This document shows positions 10,195-24,811 of a stretch of 64,000 bases of DNA, in pieces. Origin of the DNA: Candidatus Latescibacterota bacterium. GTDB taxonomy: Bacteria; Latescibacterota; UBA2968; GCA-2709665. A program made the translations under genes and the position numbers. The notes under the pieces are model-generated. The model made no database searches. It was not told the DNA's origin and saw only the letters and a list, made by a program, of their open reading frames with translations. Each line of letters begins with the position of its first letter. The stretch's first letter is position 1. The stretch lies in the NCBI GenBank assembly GCA_965116875.1, contig OZ220733.1:704001-768000 (forward strand). Direction: 5' to 3'.

Positions 10195-10478
10195 GCGGTG
10201 ATTCCAGCTGCGCCTCTACCATGATGCACTGCGGTCCTGTTTTGTGACCAACGACGCGCGACCGGCCGTTCGCACATTCAAACAGGAGGACCTCGGCGAT
10301 CCGACCTGGTACGAATATACAAAAGGGGGACGTGGGACTCAACCCGTTCCCCCTCAGATTCGGTAGGCAGTGAGACGTAATTGGCACATCTCAGGTTCGT
10401 TTTGTCAGTGTTAGCGCTCGCATCAGGCCAAAACATCAATCGCCCGGACTGTCAGATGAAGGCTTGTGAAAGAATCAG

Positions 10479-10520
10479 TTGACATTGCGCATCAAATCAC
10501 GTAGATATTTGCATGTGATC
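10479..10520 (+). promoter_or_regulatory. Sigma70-like promoter with inverted-repeat operator for the TA operon
   Basis: TTGACA-17-TAGATA; atcac...gtgat inverted repeat overlapping the -10. Confidence 0.5.
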
Positions 10521-10540
10521 AACTGAAATGGAGCCCTATC

Positions 10541-10798
10541 GTGAAAACCGCTCTTATTCAAATCGGAAACTCGCGAGGCATACGAATTCCCAAGGCGTTC
10601 CTGGAGCAGTGCCGACTACATGAAACAGTGGAACTTGAACTCTGTGCCGACCACCTCATTATTCGTGCGGCGACCCCGCCTCGGAGCGGTTGGGAGGACG
10701 CCTTTCGTGACATGCGGGAAAAAGGTGACGATACCTTACTGGATGAAGTGTCTCATTCAGTTACCAGATGGGATGACACGGAGTGGGAATGGCAGTGA
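10541..10798 (+). CDS. AbrB/MazE-family antitoxin
   Basis: IQIGNSRGIRIPK motif; acidic Trp-rich C-terminus. Confidence 0.9.
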   Translation: MKTALIQIGNSRGIRIPKAFLEQCRLHETVELELCADHLIIRAATPPRSGWEDAFRDMREKGDDTLLDEVSHSVTRWDDTEWEWQ

Positions 10799-11113
10799 GT
10801 CGTTTCGACGTGTACGTGGTGCGGCTAGATCCGGCACAAGGGCGCGAGATTCAGAAAACGCGCCCTTGTCTCGTTATATCGCCGGACGAGTTGAATCGTC
10901 AGATCGGAACCGTCATCGTTTGCCCCGCTGACGACAACGGAACGCACCTATCCTACGCGCGTATCGATTCGTTTCCAGAGGAAAAGCGGACAGATTGTGC
11001 TGGATCAGGTACGCACGGTTGACAAAACGCGCCTCGTCGGTCGACTGGGAAGAATCAGCGACAGTGAAGCGCTGGAAGTCCTGGCCGTGTTACGGAAAAT
11101 GTTCGCGCCGTAG
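10789..11113 (+). pseudogene. PemK/MazF toxin with +1 frameshift
   Basis: RFDVYVVRLDP..GREIQKTRPCLVISPDELN; extra T in gttt at about 10918-10921; shifted frame gives APLTT..YPTRV..GQIVLDQVRTVDKTRL..MFAP*. Confidence 0.85.
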
Positions 11114-11184
11114 GCCCTGCCAGCTGGAATACGGCGAACGGGATTCACGGTTAATTGCGCTTCGGTCAAATTCATCTCTTCTGC

Positions 11185-11735
11185 GTCTCAATCCATGGGA
11201 TTCGAGGCATAGACGCCGCAAATGTCCTGGAGAACGGAGAGGTGTCGTATCGCGCCAGGTGTCGTACCGCGCCACAATCGGCGGATTTCGCCAGTCTCAA
11301 TCTCAGTCGGCCGAGGACTTCGCCGAGGAGGTCCGGAATATCATCACGAGGGACAATCTTGCGGGGTGGAGCGTGCGGGTGATCCAAAAAGGGGCGAAAG
11401 CTGTCATCCGAAAAGCCGAGGCGAGGGACAAAGAGGTCTATATCGAACTCGACAAACTGTCAGGCGCCCGCCACGCCGTTCGCCTCAAAGTCAGTCGAGA
11501 CAATTACACAGTTGCCGAAGTCGATCGCCTTTTTGACATAGCCTTTGCTGCGAGCGAAGCGGAATTGGCAGGTTCGGAAGAAACCGTGCTACTCAGGATG
11601 AGTATGACCATCGAAGAAGTAATCGACCGGAAGGGCAAACCCGGAACGCGCGTTGAACTCGGCTCCAAAACCATCCTCGCCTATGATGACTTGATGCTGA
11701 TCTTCAAGGACGGAAAGCTGGTGGATGCGCTGTAG
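11185..11735 (+). pseudogene. 5'-truncated, frameshifted hypothetical gene
   Basis: Protein-like frame ending LIFKDGKLVDAL*; 17-bp tandem duplication at 11240-11273 shifts the frame; no credible start. Confidence 0.55.
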
Positions 11736-11755
11736 GGGCGACCGGCCGGTCGCCC
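11732..11755 (+). repeat. GTAG-type REP palindrome
   Basis: GTAG-GGGCGACCGGCCGGTCGCCC; supplies the TAG stop of the upstream fragment. Confidence 0.8.
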
Positions 11756-12462
11756 TGCAGGCAACATTGTCGTTCCGTTACGGACACACGCCTGGCGGAA
11801 TCGTTACCGTGGCGTGTTCACGACGGTTCCCGCGAATCAGTACGTCATTCCCACATCCAAATATCGCATCGCGCCTCTGGCAACTCCGGAATTCGCTCGA
11901 GGCGCGATGTGCGTTTCAGGCGATGTTTCCTCCCTCATTCTGATGGATGATTCGCTGCGGGACCTCTTCGCCTTGGAAGCTGTCAGCGGAACTTCGCAGC
12001 GCGTGAAGTGGTGTATTTCTCCATACAACCGCTGTAAACCGAAGGCAGGAACGCAGCGGGTGTCATCAGGATTTGCAGGACGGGTCCGGCGCCGAACCGG
12101 TCGATAGGGCCAGCACGATTCCTTTCGCGCCAATCAGGCCACCCATGATCGGCATATTAGCGTGAAAGAATCCGAAAAAAAGGTGGTTTCCTTGCCCAAG
12201 GCATTGGTTTATATTGTGGTTACGCAAATAATGATTACACGACGAAAGAGGATGAAACGACCTTGGAAGAACAAGACAAACATCACAAGGAGACGTCTGT
12301 GAATTTGACATCGGAAACCGGTGCAACCTCACGCCACGCCGCTGCCGTGCCGCCGGCAGGCGCCGCCCGCACGCCTTGAACACGCCAGATCCGTCACAGC
12401 CCGGGCACTGCATGGCGATTACCGAACGGATAACACGCCGATCTGTGGCGTATTGCGACCCG

Positions 12463-16306
<3,844 letters not shown>

Positions 16307-16314
<8 letters not shown>

Positions 16315-18151
16315 CCTGCGCGAGATGCTTGCCGACGGACGGGTTCTGGTGACGGACGGCGCCATGGGCACGGCGCTTTACGAACGGGGTGTGTTCGTGA
16401 ACGTCTGCTACGACGAACTGAACGCGACGCACCCGGAACTCGTCGAGGAGGTACACACGCAATACCTCCGCGCAGGGGCGGACATCCTGGAGACGAACAC
16501 CTTCGGCGCAAACCCGGTGAAGCTCTCGTCGTACCGTCTTGAGGACCGCACCGAGGAACTGAACCGTCTCGCCGCCGGGATCGCCTTGCGGGCGGGGCGT
16601 GGACGGGCGGCGGTGACGGGCGCGATCGGGCCGCTGGGGATTCGGGTCGAGCCGTTGGGACCCACGTCGCTTGAGGAGGCTCGAGAGTACTTCGGCCGTC
16701 AGGTGGACGGGCTGCTGGCGGGTGGCGTGGACGGGTTCATCCTGGAGACCTTTTCCGACCTGGCCGAACTGGAGCAGGCGTTCCGGGCCGTGAAGAGCCG
16801 GTGCGATCTTCCCGTGATCGTCCAGGTGACGGTGGAGGACGACGACGGCAAGACAGCTTCGGGCGCTTCGGCCGAGCAGGCCGCACGTGCGGCGGACGAC
16901 TGGGGCGCCGACGTGGTGGGCCTCAACTGCTCAATCGGTCCGGCGGTTGTGCTGGAGGTGCTGGAGGGCATGGCCCGTGTCACGTCACGTCCGCTTTCGG
17001 CCCAGCCCAACGCGGGGTCCCCCACGGTGGTGCGCGAACGCAAGATGTACCTCACGCGGCCCGACTACATGGCGCAATATGCGCGCCGTCTCATCGACGC
17101 GGGCGCGCGGATCGTGGGAGGCTGTTGCGGGACGACCCCGGAACACATCCGCCGCATCAGCGAGCAGGTCGCCGCCAGCCAGCCGCGCACGACGTCGGTT
17201 CGGATTGCCCGCGAAGCGGCCATCGACGTGAACGGGAAGCCGAAGCCGCCGCTGGCGACGCGTTCCGCCCTCGGCCGGCGATTGGCACAGGGCGACTTCG
17301 TGGCCTCGGTTCAGATCCTCCCGCCGCGGGGATGGGACACCACAGCGCTCGTGAGGGACTGCCGCGCGCTGGGCGCAGCCGGGGCCGACGTGATCGCCGT
17401 CCACGAGGAACGGGGCGCCGCGCGGCTTGGCGTGTTCGCCGCTGCCGCATCCATCGCGCGCTCCTGTCCGGGCATCGAGCCGCTCGTCCACTATACCTGT
17501 CGCGACCGCAAGCTCTCCCGGATGATGAGCGACCTCCTGGGTGCGGCCGCGACCGGTCTGCACAATGTTCTGCTGCTGACGGGCGATCCTCCCGGACCCG
17601 CCCACTACCCCGACTACCAGTCTGTCGTCGACGTCGACTCGATCGGTCTCACGAACGTCGTGACGGGACTGAACGCCGGAATCGGTCCCTTCGGCAACGT
17701 TCTGGGCGAACCGACAGGGTTCGTGGCGGGCGTCGCGCTGAACCAGGCGGCACACGACCGCATCCGGGAACTGGGCCGCTTCCACTGGAAGGTGGATGCC
17801 GGTGCTGATTTCGCCGTGTCTCAGCCGGTCTTCGACGCTGGCCAACTGCGCGGATTCCTGGCCGAAGTCGAACAAAGAATCCCCGTGATCGCGGGCATTC
17901 TGCCACTCGTGAGCGCCCGCCAGGCGGAGTATCTGCAGAACGAGGTACCGGGCGTGCATGTGCCGGACGAGGTGGTGGAAAGGATGCGGCGGGCAGAGAC
18001 GCAAGGGGTTGGCAGGGCCGTGGCCGAGGGGATGACAATCGCTTGTGAAATTGCCGGGGAGTTGCGGGGCGAGGTCGCCGGCGTCCAGGTCTCGGCGATC
18101 CGTGCAGGAGTGGACGCCGTGTTGGGGGTGGTGGAGGGGATGCGGAGGTGA
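16307..18151 (+). CDS. Bifunctional homocysteine S-methyltransferase / methylenetetrahydrofolate reductase (YitJ-like)
   Basis: [24 protein letters not shown] then [29 protein letters not shown]. Confidence 0.9.
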
Positions 18152-18161
18152 GTCGGAGAAA

Positions 18162-19088
18162 TCACTCTGATTCGCAGTTCGAGATGCTCCCCAACCGACC
18201 CACGACCTCACGACCCCGCAGGTTGCTCACGTACACCTTCTCCGCCCCGGCGTCCCTGAGTAAGCGGATCGAGCGCGCGCAGACGTCGTCGGCGCTCATC
18301 CCGGCTGCAAATTCTGCCGTGATCTCCCGGCGCGGAACCGGGAAATAGCGGTCCAGATACCTGAGCGTGCGGGGATTGGCGCTGCGGTACAGGAACACGC
18401 CGTACACGACCGGAACGTCCACACCCAGGCGTTCCAACTCAGTGCGGAACAGCTCCACCCGGCCGAGCGAGTGGTGCGATACGATCTGCGTGAGGACGAA
18501 GTCGGCGTTGTAATCCCGGTCAGCTACCAGGCGAGCCTGCTCGATCGGATCCCGGTGCGGGTTCGCCCATCCGCCAAGGGGGAATCCGGGCTGCGCGCGT
18601 CGCAGGATGGCGCGCAGGTCCTTGCCGTGGGGAACGCATCGCTCGGGCCCGACCGTGTGGTCACCCCCCACCACGGCCACCCCGGCCACCCCCAATCCCA
18701 CCGCTCGCCGCGCAAAGAGCCGGCAATACTCCAGCGGGTGTTTGCACGTCAGAAACGGCACCACCGTCTCCAGGTCGGCGGCGGCGCCAAGATTCGCGGT
18801 CAGATGGGCCAGGCTCTCTTCCTCCGGGTCTCCGGCGGCGTTGTCGGTGAGGAGGACGAAAGTACCGTTGCGGGCAAGACGTCGGACCGAATGGTACATG
18901 TCGATCCAGACGTCAATGCCGCGTGTCGCGTCCAGACCCAGCCGGGGCGGCCGCAACTCGACGCCGACCAACGGCCCCGGTGCGCTCAGTCGCGCCAGGA
19001 TGTCCGTCGACGGCCCGGGGCGCTCGTCTTCCGGTGGGCGATGGACCTCGATGCCCCCTTCCCGATCCGTCGATCGATTGATCATCAC
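18162..19088 (-). CDS. MTHFR-like flavoprotein (divergent)
   Basis: VELRPP, LTDNAAG, PFLTCKH, VGGD, GWANPH, FVLTQIV align with MTHFR TIM-barrel motifs. Confidence 0.65.
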   Translation of the reverse strand: MMINRSTDREGGIEVHRPPEDERPGPSTDILARLSAPGPLVGVELRPPRLGLDATRGIDVWIDMYHSVRRLARNGTFVLLTDNAAGDPEEESLAHLTANLGAAADLETVVPFLTCKHPLEYCRLFARRAVGLGVAGVAVVGGDHTVGPERCVPHGKDLRAILRRAQPGFPLGGWANPHRDPIEQARLVADRDYNADFVLTQIVSHHSLGRVELFRTELERLGVDVPVVYGVFLYRSANPRTLRYLDRYFPVPRREITAEFAAGMSADDVCARSIRLLRDAGAEKVYVSNLRGREVVGRLGSISNCESE

Positions 19089-19253
19089 AGATCGGCTCCC
19101 TGATCATCCTCTGACCGAAAACCGAGGCCGGCGGTCAGCCGCGGGTACGGTCCCGCTTCGTCCGCCGGCCGATGGGACGTCCGGTCGATGAAAGTTCTGA
19201 CGAAGTTGGAGCGAAGGACCCGTAAGCGGCGGCCATGGCGGTCCGTTGCGTGC

Positions 19254-22151
19254 TCACCTGAACAGTCCCGAGTATTTAAAGGTCAGTATGTAGTCCTGCG
19301 AACCCTGCTTTTTTGCCAGGGGTCGATTGTCGAAAATGTCCCACCCGAAGCCGATTAGAAACTGATCCTTGAAAAAGGAAACGGCCACACCCAGAGAAAT
19401 GGCCAGCGATTTTTCGGTTGAAAGGGCTTCAAGGATGTTGCCGATAACGGTCAGATGAATGCCGGAAATCGACGGGTTATCCACGTTGTGCCAGCCGGCA
19501 AACGCGAGTCCGGGCAGGCCAAGGAGGCGCTCGGTTCTGCCCCGGACGGTGTTGCCGTCGGCGTCTGTATAATCGCGACCGGGGCGAATGGTCAGAAAAG
19601 AAACCAGCGGCTTGGCCTCAAACTCCCACTTCCAGCCCCCGGCTTCCAGAATCTGCGACACGCTCTGAGGCGCCGCGCCCGGATAGCTTCGTGTTGAGAT
19701 TTTGAGTCGCACCCGGCGATTTTTTTCTTCCGACAGCAGCAGGTTGAGATCCTCGGCAATGACGCGCCCGCCGCTCGACTCGTAGATTCTGACCTTCTGC
19801 TCCTGGTTACTGCGATTGCCTCTGGGGGCGTAGTTTTCGTCCAGCCGGGTCCACGAAACGACGATCTCGCGACCGATCAGCGCTTGCCGTAGCGAATCGG
19901 GAATCGCAATGGACACATCGACCTTCGTGCCGTCTCGCTGCATAACCGGGACATTATCCCAACGAACGGCAAGGGGCTGGGTCTTCTCTCCGCGGGAGGC
20001 CAGAACCTCGACAATCTGTGCCAGGTCGATGTCTGCGAGCACCCCGTGCCCCTTGTATTCCAGCGGACGTGCGCGATCCTTGACGTCATTGCTGACCAGG
20101 AAAACACGCCCTCGCCGGTCACCCAGGGCATGCGGCGTAAAATAGAGCGTGAGGCGCGCCGACTCGCCTGCGGCCAGAGCGAATTTCGCCGGTGCGACGT
20201 GGGCTTCCTTGCTCTGGGGATGCGCCTCGACCTGCAGCACGGTATCGCCGACGTTGGTGGCCACGAGGGTCCTCTCCGCCTGCTCTCCCTGGATCGCATA
20301 GCCAAAATCAACGATGCCCGCCGGATTCAACTCGATTTCCGCTGCCGCGCCCTGGCCCTTGAGCAAGACGTCGAGCGACATGATCTCGTTCGCGCCCAGG
20401 CCTTCCAACCGTAAGGTTCCTGAAATCGCTCCGCGTGCCGACGGGCTGAAGGTCACGTCCAGCGGCAAGGTGCGCTGACTGTGGGCCGGCAGCAGGAACC
20501 TGTTGTCGGAGTCGATCGAGGTGTGGGCGCTGAATTCGTCGCTCGTCGAGCGAAACCGGTGAATCTCGAAATCGGCGTTGCCCACATTGGCTATTTCGAC
20601 GACTCGACTGGTGCTTTCGCCCACGGAAACGCGGCCGAAGTCTACGGTCGCCGGGCTGAGAGCGAAGAACCGGCCTACGCCCCGCAGATGCACGGTCTCA
20701 CGCACGGCTCCGGCCTCGACCTGGAGGGTGGCCTTGCGAGGACCGGATCCCCTGGGCGAGAAACTCAGCGCCACCTGCGCGCTGGCTCCCGGTTGAATGA
20801 GGACGGAGCGCTGCGCGAGATTGAATTCATCGCCCTCGTCCTCGACTACAGAGACCTGCACCGCGCCCGGCCGGCCACCCTTGTTCCACAATAGCAAATG
20901 GCCGCGCGTGGTCCCGCCAATCGGCACGCTGCCAAAGTCAACCTCGCCGTTGATAATCTCAATATGCGGCGGACTGATTCGGCCGCGGCCCGAAAGGGGG
21001 ATGGCGACGTCAGCAGCCTGCGGATCGTTGGTGTGAAGGCGCATGACTCCGCTTCGGTCACCTTCGTGCCGCGGCGCAAACGCTATATTCAGATCAAGTC
21101 GTCTCCCGGGAGCAATGGTTGCCGACGAGTCACCTTCACCGATGGCAAATGCCGCACCCTCGATGCCGACAATTTCAACTCGTAACTCGGCTCGGCCCTG
21201 GTTCAGGACGGACACCTGGCGCGTGAGGCGCCGACTCACTTCGACGGCGCCGAAATCGAGCCCTACCCGCGGGAGGGGAGAAAAAGCAGCCTCCGGCGCC
21301 AAACCGCTCCCCTGCAAGGGAATGGACCACTCCCCAAGGTCACGTGCGGTGACAACCAGTTCGGTTGAGACCGGCCCCGCGCGCGTTGGCGCAAACGCAA
21401 CGTCGATCCGCGTTTCACCGCCTGAAGGGGGCCATGGGCCGACGTCGCGCTCAATGCGAAAGGGACCCGTGAGGTCGGCAACTTCCATCTGACCCTCCGC
21501 CCCGGGCACGGTTCCGCTATTGCGGACGGTAACAACCGCCGTCGCCTCGTGCCCGACGGGCACCGCGCCAAAATCCAGCCCCCCGGCCGGCAAGAGCTCC
21601 AGGGACGGAACAACGGCTGTCGCCTGCAGCGGCACGGACAGGCGCCGGCCGATGAATAGCGCGGCAACCTGAACCGTCAGTTCGCCCGAATACTGCCCGG
21701 CCGCAGAGGCGCTGAAGCTCACTTCGACGCTGCCGACGCCCATGCCGCCCAGGCGCAGCGTATCCGATAACACCTTGAAGCCCTCGCCGCGAATGCCGAC
21801 GACCACCTCAATCGCGTCGTCCTGCAGGTTTTCTATCGAAACGGAAGCTCGTTTCTCGACGCCAACTCCGACGATACCCAGGTCGAGCGCGTTCGGGTCA
21901 GCGGCAAGGCGTTGCGCACGCAGAACCGCCGGCAGGCAAAGGAGGGCGATCAAGAGAATCAACGAAAGGCGAACAACCCGCCTGAATTTCGAACGCCATG
22001 GTTGTCGGACATTCACGTCGCAGAGGTGCGGAAGATCACGCCTGAGGAATCCTCTGCGCCGATCCGGTTGGCCCTGGTTTCGTCCATGCATACGTCCAAA
22101 ATACCCATTGTGAATTGTGGTGAAGATTGATTGCATTGTCCCGGCAATCAT
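19254..22151 (-). CDS. Secreted multi-Ig (ASH/choice-of-anchor D-like) repeat protein; true start probably downstream of 22151
   Basis: Hydrophobic signal region; six ~100-aa repeats starting (L/V)D(F/L)G (five continue xVx(V/I)) with NxG and FxP motifs; beta-strand-rich C-terminus. Confidence 0.75.
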   Translation of the reverse strand: MIAGTMQSIFTTIHNGYFGRMHGRNQGQPDRRRGFLRRDLPHLCDVNVRQPWRSKFRRVVRLSLILLIALLCLPAVLRAQRLAADPNALDLGIVGVGVEKRASVSIENLQDDAIEVVVGIRGEGFKVLSDTLRLGGMGVGSVEVSFSASAAGQYSGELTVQVAALFIGRRLSVPLQATAVVPSLELLPAGGLDFGAVPVGHEATAVVTVRNSGTVPGAEGQMEVADLTGPFRIERDVGPWPPSGGETRIDVAFAPTRAGPVSTELVVTARDLGEWSIPLQGSGLAPEAAFSPLPRVGLDFGAVEVSRRLTRQVSVLNQGRAELRVEIVGIEGAAFAIGEGDSSATIAPGRRLDLNIAFAPRHEGDRSGVMRLHTNDPQAADVAIPLSGRGRISPPHIEIINGEVDFGSVPIGGTTRGHLLLWNKGGRPGAVQVSVVEDEGDEFNLAQRSVLIQPGASAQVALSFSPRGSGPRKATLQVEAGAVRETVHLRGVGRFFALSPATVDFGRVSVGESTSRVVEIANVGNADFEIHRFRSTSDEFSAHTSIDSDNRFLLPAHSQRTLPLDVTFSPSARGAISGTLRLEGLGANEIMSLDVLLKGQGAAAEIELNPAGIVDFGYAIQGEQAERTLVATNVGDTVLQVEAHPQSKEAHVAPAKFALAAGESARLTLYFTPHALGDRRGRVFLVSNDVKDRARPLEYKGHGVLADIDLAQIVEVLASRGEKTQPLAVRWDNVPVMQRDGTKVDVSIAIPDSLRQALIGREIVVSWTRLDENYAPRGNRSNQEQKVRIYESSGGRVIAEDLNLLLSEEKNRRVRLKISTRSYPGAAPQSVSQILEAGGWKWEFEAKPLVSFLTIRPGRDYTDADGNTVRGRTERLLGLPGLAFAGWHNVDNPSISGIHLTVIGNILEALSTEKSLAISLGVAVSFFKDQFLIGFGWDIFDNRPLAKKQGSQDYILTFKYSGLFR

Positions 22152-22447
22152 CGGATCGCGGTTCGCACGGCAACCATCCGAACCGTTCCGGCCAACGAGG
22201 ACCTCCGCAGACCGCTATCCGGCAAGTTGACACAGACGTACGGGGCTATATGAATATACAGAAGTAATCGCGGGATTCAATCCCGATGTTGACCAGGGGT
22301 GGCACAGGGAGATTCACCCGGCGGTCGTCTGCCTCCGAAAAGGGTAGCGCCGTCGGGATGGCAGCATTGGAACGCGGCGGGGTCGTGCCTGTTTCGGACG
22401 CCGTCAGACAAACGCGCCTCGATCCTTGTTGCGATGGAAGATTCTTA

Positions 22448-22490
22448 CCGGCCACTGGTCACCGGCTACTGGCTACTGGCCGCTGGTCCC
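22448..22490. repeat. Imperfect heptamer tandem repeat (CTGGCTA-like)
   Basis: ccggcca ctggtca ccggcta ctggcta ctggccg ctggtcc. Confidence 0.6.
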
Positions 22491-22568
22491 TGGACATGTG
22501 CTCCAAAACGGAAGACGATACGGACGCGCACTCAAAAGCGTTTTTTTTTGGAATACGCAAACGTGTGC

Positions 22569-22615
22569 TTGACAACGGTTCCCGTTCGTATATATTGTTA
22601 TGTTATAACATAACA
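22569..22615 (+). promoter_or_regulatory. Sigma70 promoter overlapped by Zur/Fur-type box
   Basis: TTGACA(22569)-16-TATATT; perfect 20-bp palindrome TGTTATGTTATAACATAACA at 22596-22615 resembling the Zur consensus. Confidence 0.8.
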
Positions 22616-22842
22616 CAATTTGATAAACGATGACGAACCGCTTTTCATGAAACGAACCGCAACCTGGCCTGTATCGACAGTATCAACATTACACCACGCC
22701 GGGCGCGATCGGCCCTGTGAGCTGCACGAAATCCTCGACCCGGGCGCAAATGAACCTCAGCCTCGGATTCCGCCTCGCCCGGCTTCAATAAGAGCGGTGG
22801 TGATGACCGCAGCATTCAGTTTGCCGAGAGGGTAACGATTCG

Positions 22843-23868
22843 GTGCGAGTGAGCTTTGACATAGCGGTGTTTCTCGTGTGGCTTTGTGCCGTCGCGTTCA
22901 CAGAGGATCTCCACGCGACAACGATGCTGCATGGCGATCCAATCGCGGCCGTACGGTCCACCGGTGGCGGTCACGCGGACACCAGTCAGACATCTTCGAT
23001 CTGGAATCAGGCTGGGACATGGGTCTGGGAGAAGCAGCGCGAATTCCTCGTGCAACTGACAACGGAATTGCGATCGCTGCAAGGCCAGGACGACGTCGGC
23101 TGGGCGCTGGTGCTGATGAGTTTTCTCTACGGTGTCTTGCATGCCGCGGGGCCCGGGCACGGGAAGGTCGTGTTGACGACCTATCTGTTGACCCACCGAA
23201 GCCGGCTGAATCGCGGTATCGCCATGGGCGCCACAGCCGCGCTCCTGCAGGGGGTAACGGCGCTGGTGCTGGTCTACGCCCCGATTGGCCTGGCAGGCTG
23301 GCTGCCGATGGAGACGGAAACGGCTTCATTGTGGGCTACGCGAGTCAGTTTCGCTCTGCTTGCGATGGTCGGAATCTTCCTGTTGGTACGCGCGGCAGGC
23401 GCCCTGTTGGAAAGCGTTCGCAGGTTGCGGCGCGAAACCGGCGAGGTCCGCCACGACCATGCCGATCATGTACACGGGGCGGATGGCGGTTGCCGGCATC
23501 TGCCCAGCGTTGCCGAGATTGATGCTGCCGGCAGCCGGCATGCGGCGGCAGGCGTTGTTTTGGCCATTGGACTGCGCCCTTGCAGCGGCGCCGTGTTGGT
23601 GCTCGTCCTCGCCGCCGTGATGGGGTTGAATTGGCATGGTGCGCTTTCCGTGTTTGCCATGTCCGCAGGTACCGCGATCACCGTTGTTGTCCTGGCCATG
23701 ATTGCGACGAGGGCGCGAGACTGGGCGAGTGCGGTGGTCGCTCAACGGTCGCCGCTGTGGACGCTGGCGGCCGGTGGCGTAGGCGCGCTTGGCGGCGCCT
23801 TCCTGGTACTCCTGGCGTTGTGGTTGCTGAACGCGTCGTTTGCATTGAAACCGCCAATGGTTTTGTAA
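22843..23868 (+). CDS. Ni/Co transporter, RcnA/HoxN-like
   Basis: YGVLHAAGPGHGK, His-rich loop, GLRPCSGA. Confidence 0.88.
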   Translation: MRVSFDIAVFLVWLCAVAFTEDLHATTMLHGDPIAAVRSTGGGHADTSQTSSIWNQAGTWVWEKQREFLVQLTTELRSLQGQDDVGWALVLMSFLYGVLHAAGPGHGKVVLTTYLLTHRSRLNRGIAMGATAALLQGVTALVLVYAPIGLAGWLPMETETASLWATRVSFALLAMVGIFLLVRAAGALLESVRRLRRETGEVRHDHADHVHGADGGCRHLPSVAEIDAAGSRHAAAGVVLAIGLRPCSGAVLVLVLAAVMGLNWHGALSVFAMSAGTAITVVVLAMIATRARDWASAVVAQRSPLWTLAAGGVGALGGAFLVLLALWLLNASFALKPPMVL

Positions 23869-23920
23869 ACGGTGGGCATTGGCCTGGTTGTTCGCACGAG
23901 TCGTTTTAAGGATGATTCGG

Positions 23921-24028
23921 ATGAAGCCACCATTCTCTCCCCTTCGTGCCGGTATCGGAGCGCGCTTCGGGCTTGCTTGCGCTGCCACAGGTCTGTTGTG
24001 GTTCGCGGTTGTCTGGGCCCTGCTATGA
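23921..24028 (+). CDS. 35-aa hydrophobic small protein (below ORF-track cutoff)
   Basis: MKPPFSPLRAGIGARFGLACAATGLLWFAVVWALL*; RBS aagga; ATGA overlap with ATPase start. Confidence 0.6.
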   Translation: MKPPFSPLRAGIGARFGLACAATGLLWFAVVWALL

Positions 24029-24774
24029 GCGCGCCCACGGACGGTACGATCCTGCACTTCGATAACCTGACCCTCGGATACGACCGCCACCCCGCGGTCC
24101 TTCATCTCGACTACGCCATCCGCACCGGCGCCCTGGTCGCCGTTGTGGGACCGAACGGCGCCGGAAAGTCGACGCTTCTCAAAGGGACCATCGGCAGCCT
24201 CGCGCCTCTCGAAGGCGAGATCCGGTTGACGGGGATCAGAGCATCGGAAATCGCGTACCTCCCTCAACAGTCAGATATCGACCGCAGCTTCCCAATCTCA
24301 GTTTTCGACATGGTGGCCATGGGATTGTGGCGAAAGCTGGGCGCTTTCCGTCGATTCGGGCGTGAGGGAATCCGAAAGGTGGGCGAGGTCCTGGATATCG
24401 TGGGGCTGGGTGGATTCGAGAAGCGCCCTATCGGCACGCTCTCCGGCGGGCAGATGCAACGTTCCCTGTTCGCCCGCCTGCTCCTCCAGGACGCGCGCCT
24501 GATTCTTCTGGACGAGCCATTCACGGCCATCGATTCGGCGACGGTGCGCGATCTGAAGCGACTCATTCATCGCTGGCACGGGGAGCTGCGGACGGTCGTC
24601 GCCGTCCTGCACGACCTGGATCAGGTTCGGACGGATTTTCCCGAGACCCTTCTGCTGGCCCGCGAGCAGGTCGCCGCGGGGCCAACCGAGAACGTCCTTT
24701 CTCCCTCGAATCTCAATCGAGCGCGCCGGCTTACCGAGGACATGAACGAAGGGGCGGCCGTATGTGGGAGATGA
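24025..24774 (+). CDS. Zn/Mn ABC transporter ATPase (ZnuC/AztA-like)
   Basis: GPNGAGKST, AYLPQ, LSGGQ, LLDEPF, VLHD. Confidence 0.92.
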   Translation: MSAPTDGTILHFDNLTLGYDRHPAVLHLDYAIRTGALVAVVGPNGAGKSTLLKGTIGSLAPLEGEIRLTGIRASEIAYLPQQSDIDRSFPISVFDMVAMGLWRKLGAFRRFGREGIRKVGEVLDIVGLGGFEKRPIGTLSGGQMQRSLFARLLLQDARLILLDEPFTAIDSATVRDLKRLIHRWHGELRTVVAVLHDLDQVRTDFPETLLLAREQVAAGPTENVLSPSNLNRARRLTEDMNEGAAVCGR

Positions 24775-24811
24775 ACGCCATCGCCTTGTCCATTCCGGCA
24801 AAGGGCACGTG

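Noticed and set aside
11760-12460. SAM or cobalamin riboswitch upstream of metH
   Set aside because: No recognisable consensus motifs; an Infernal scan would be needed
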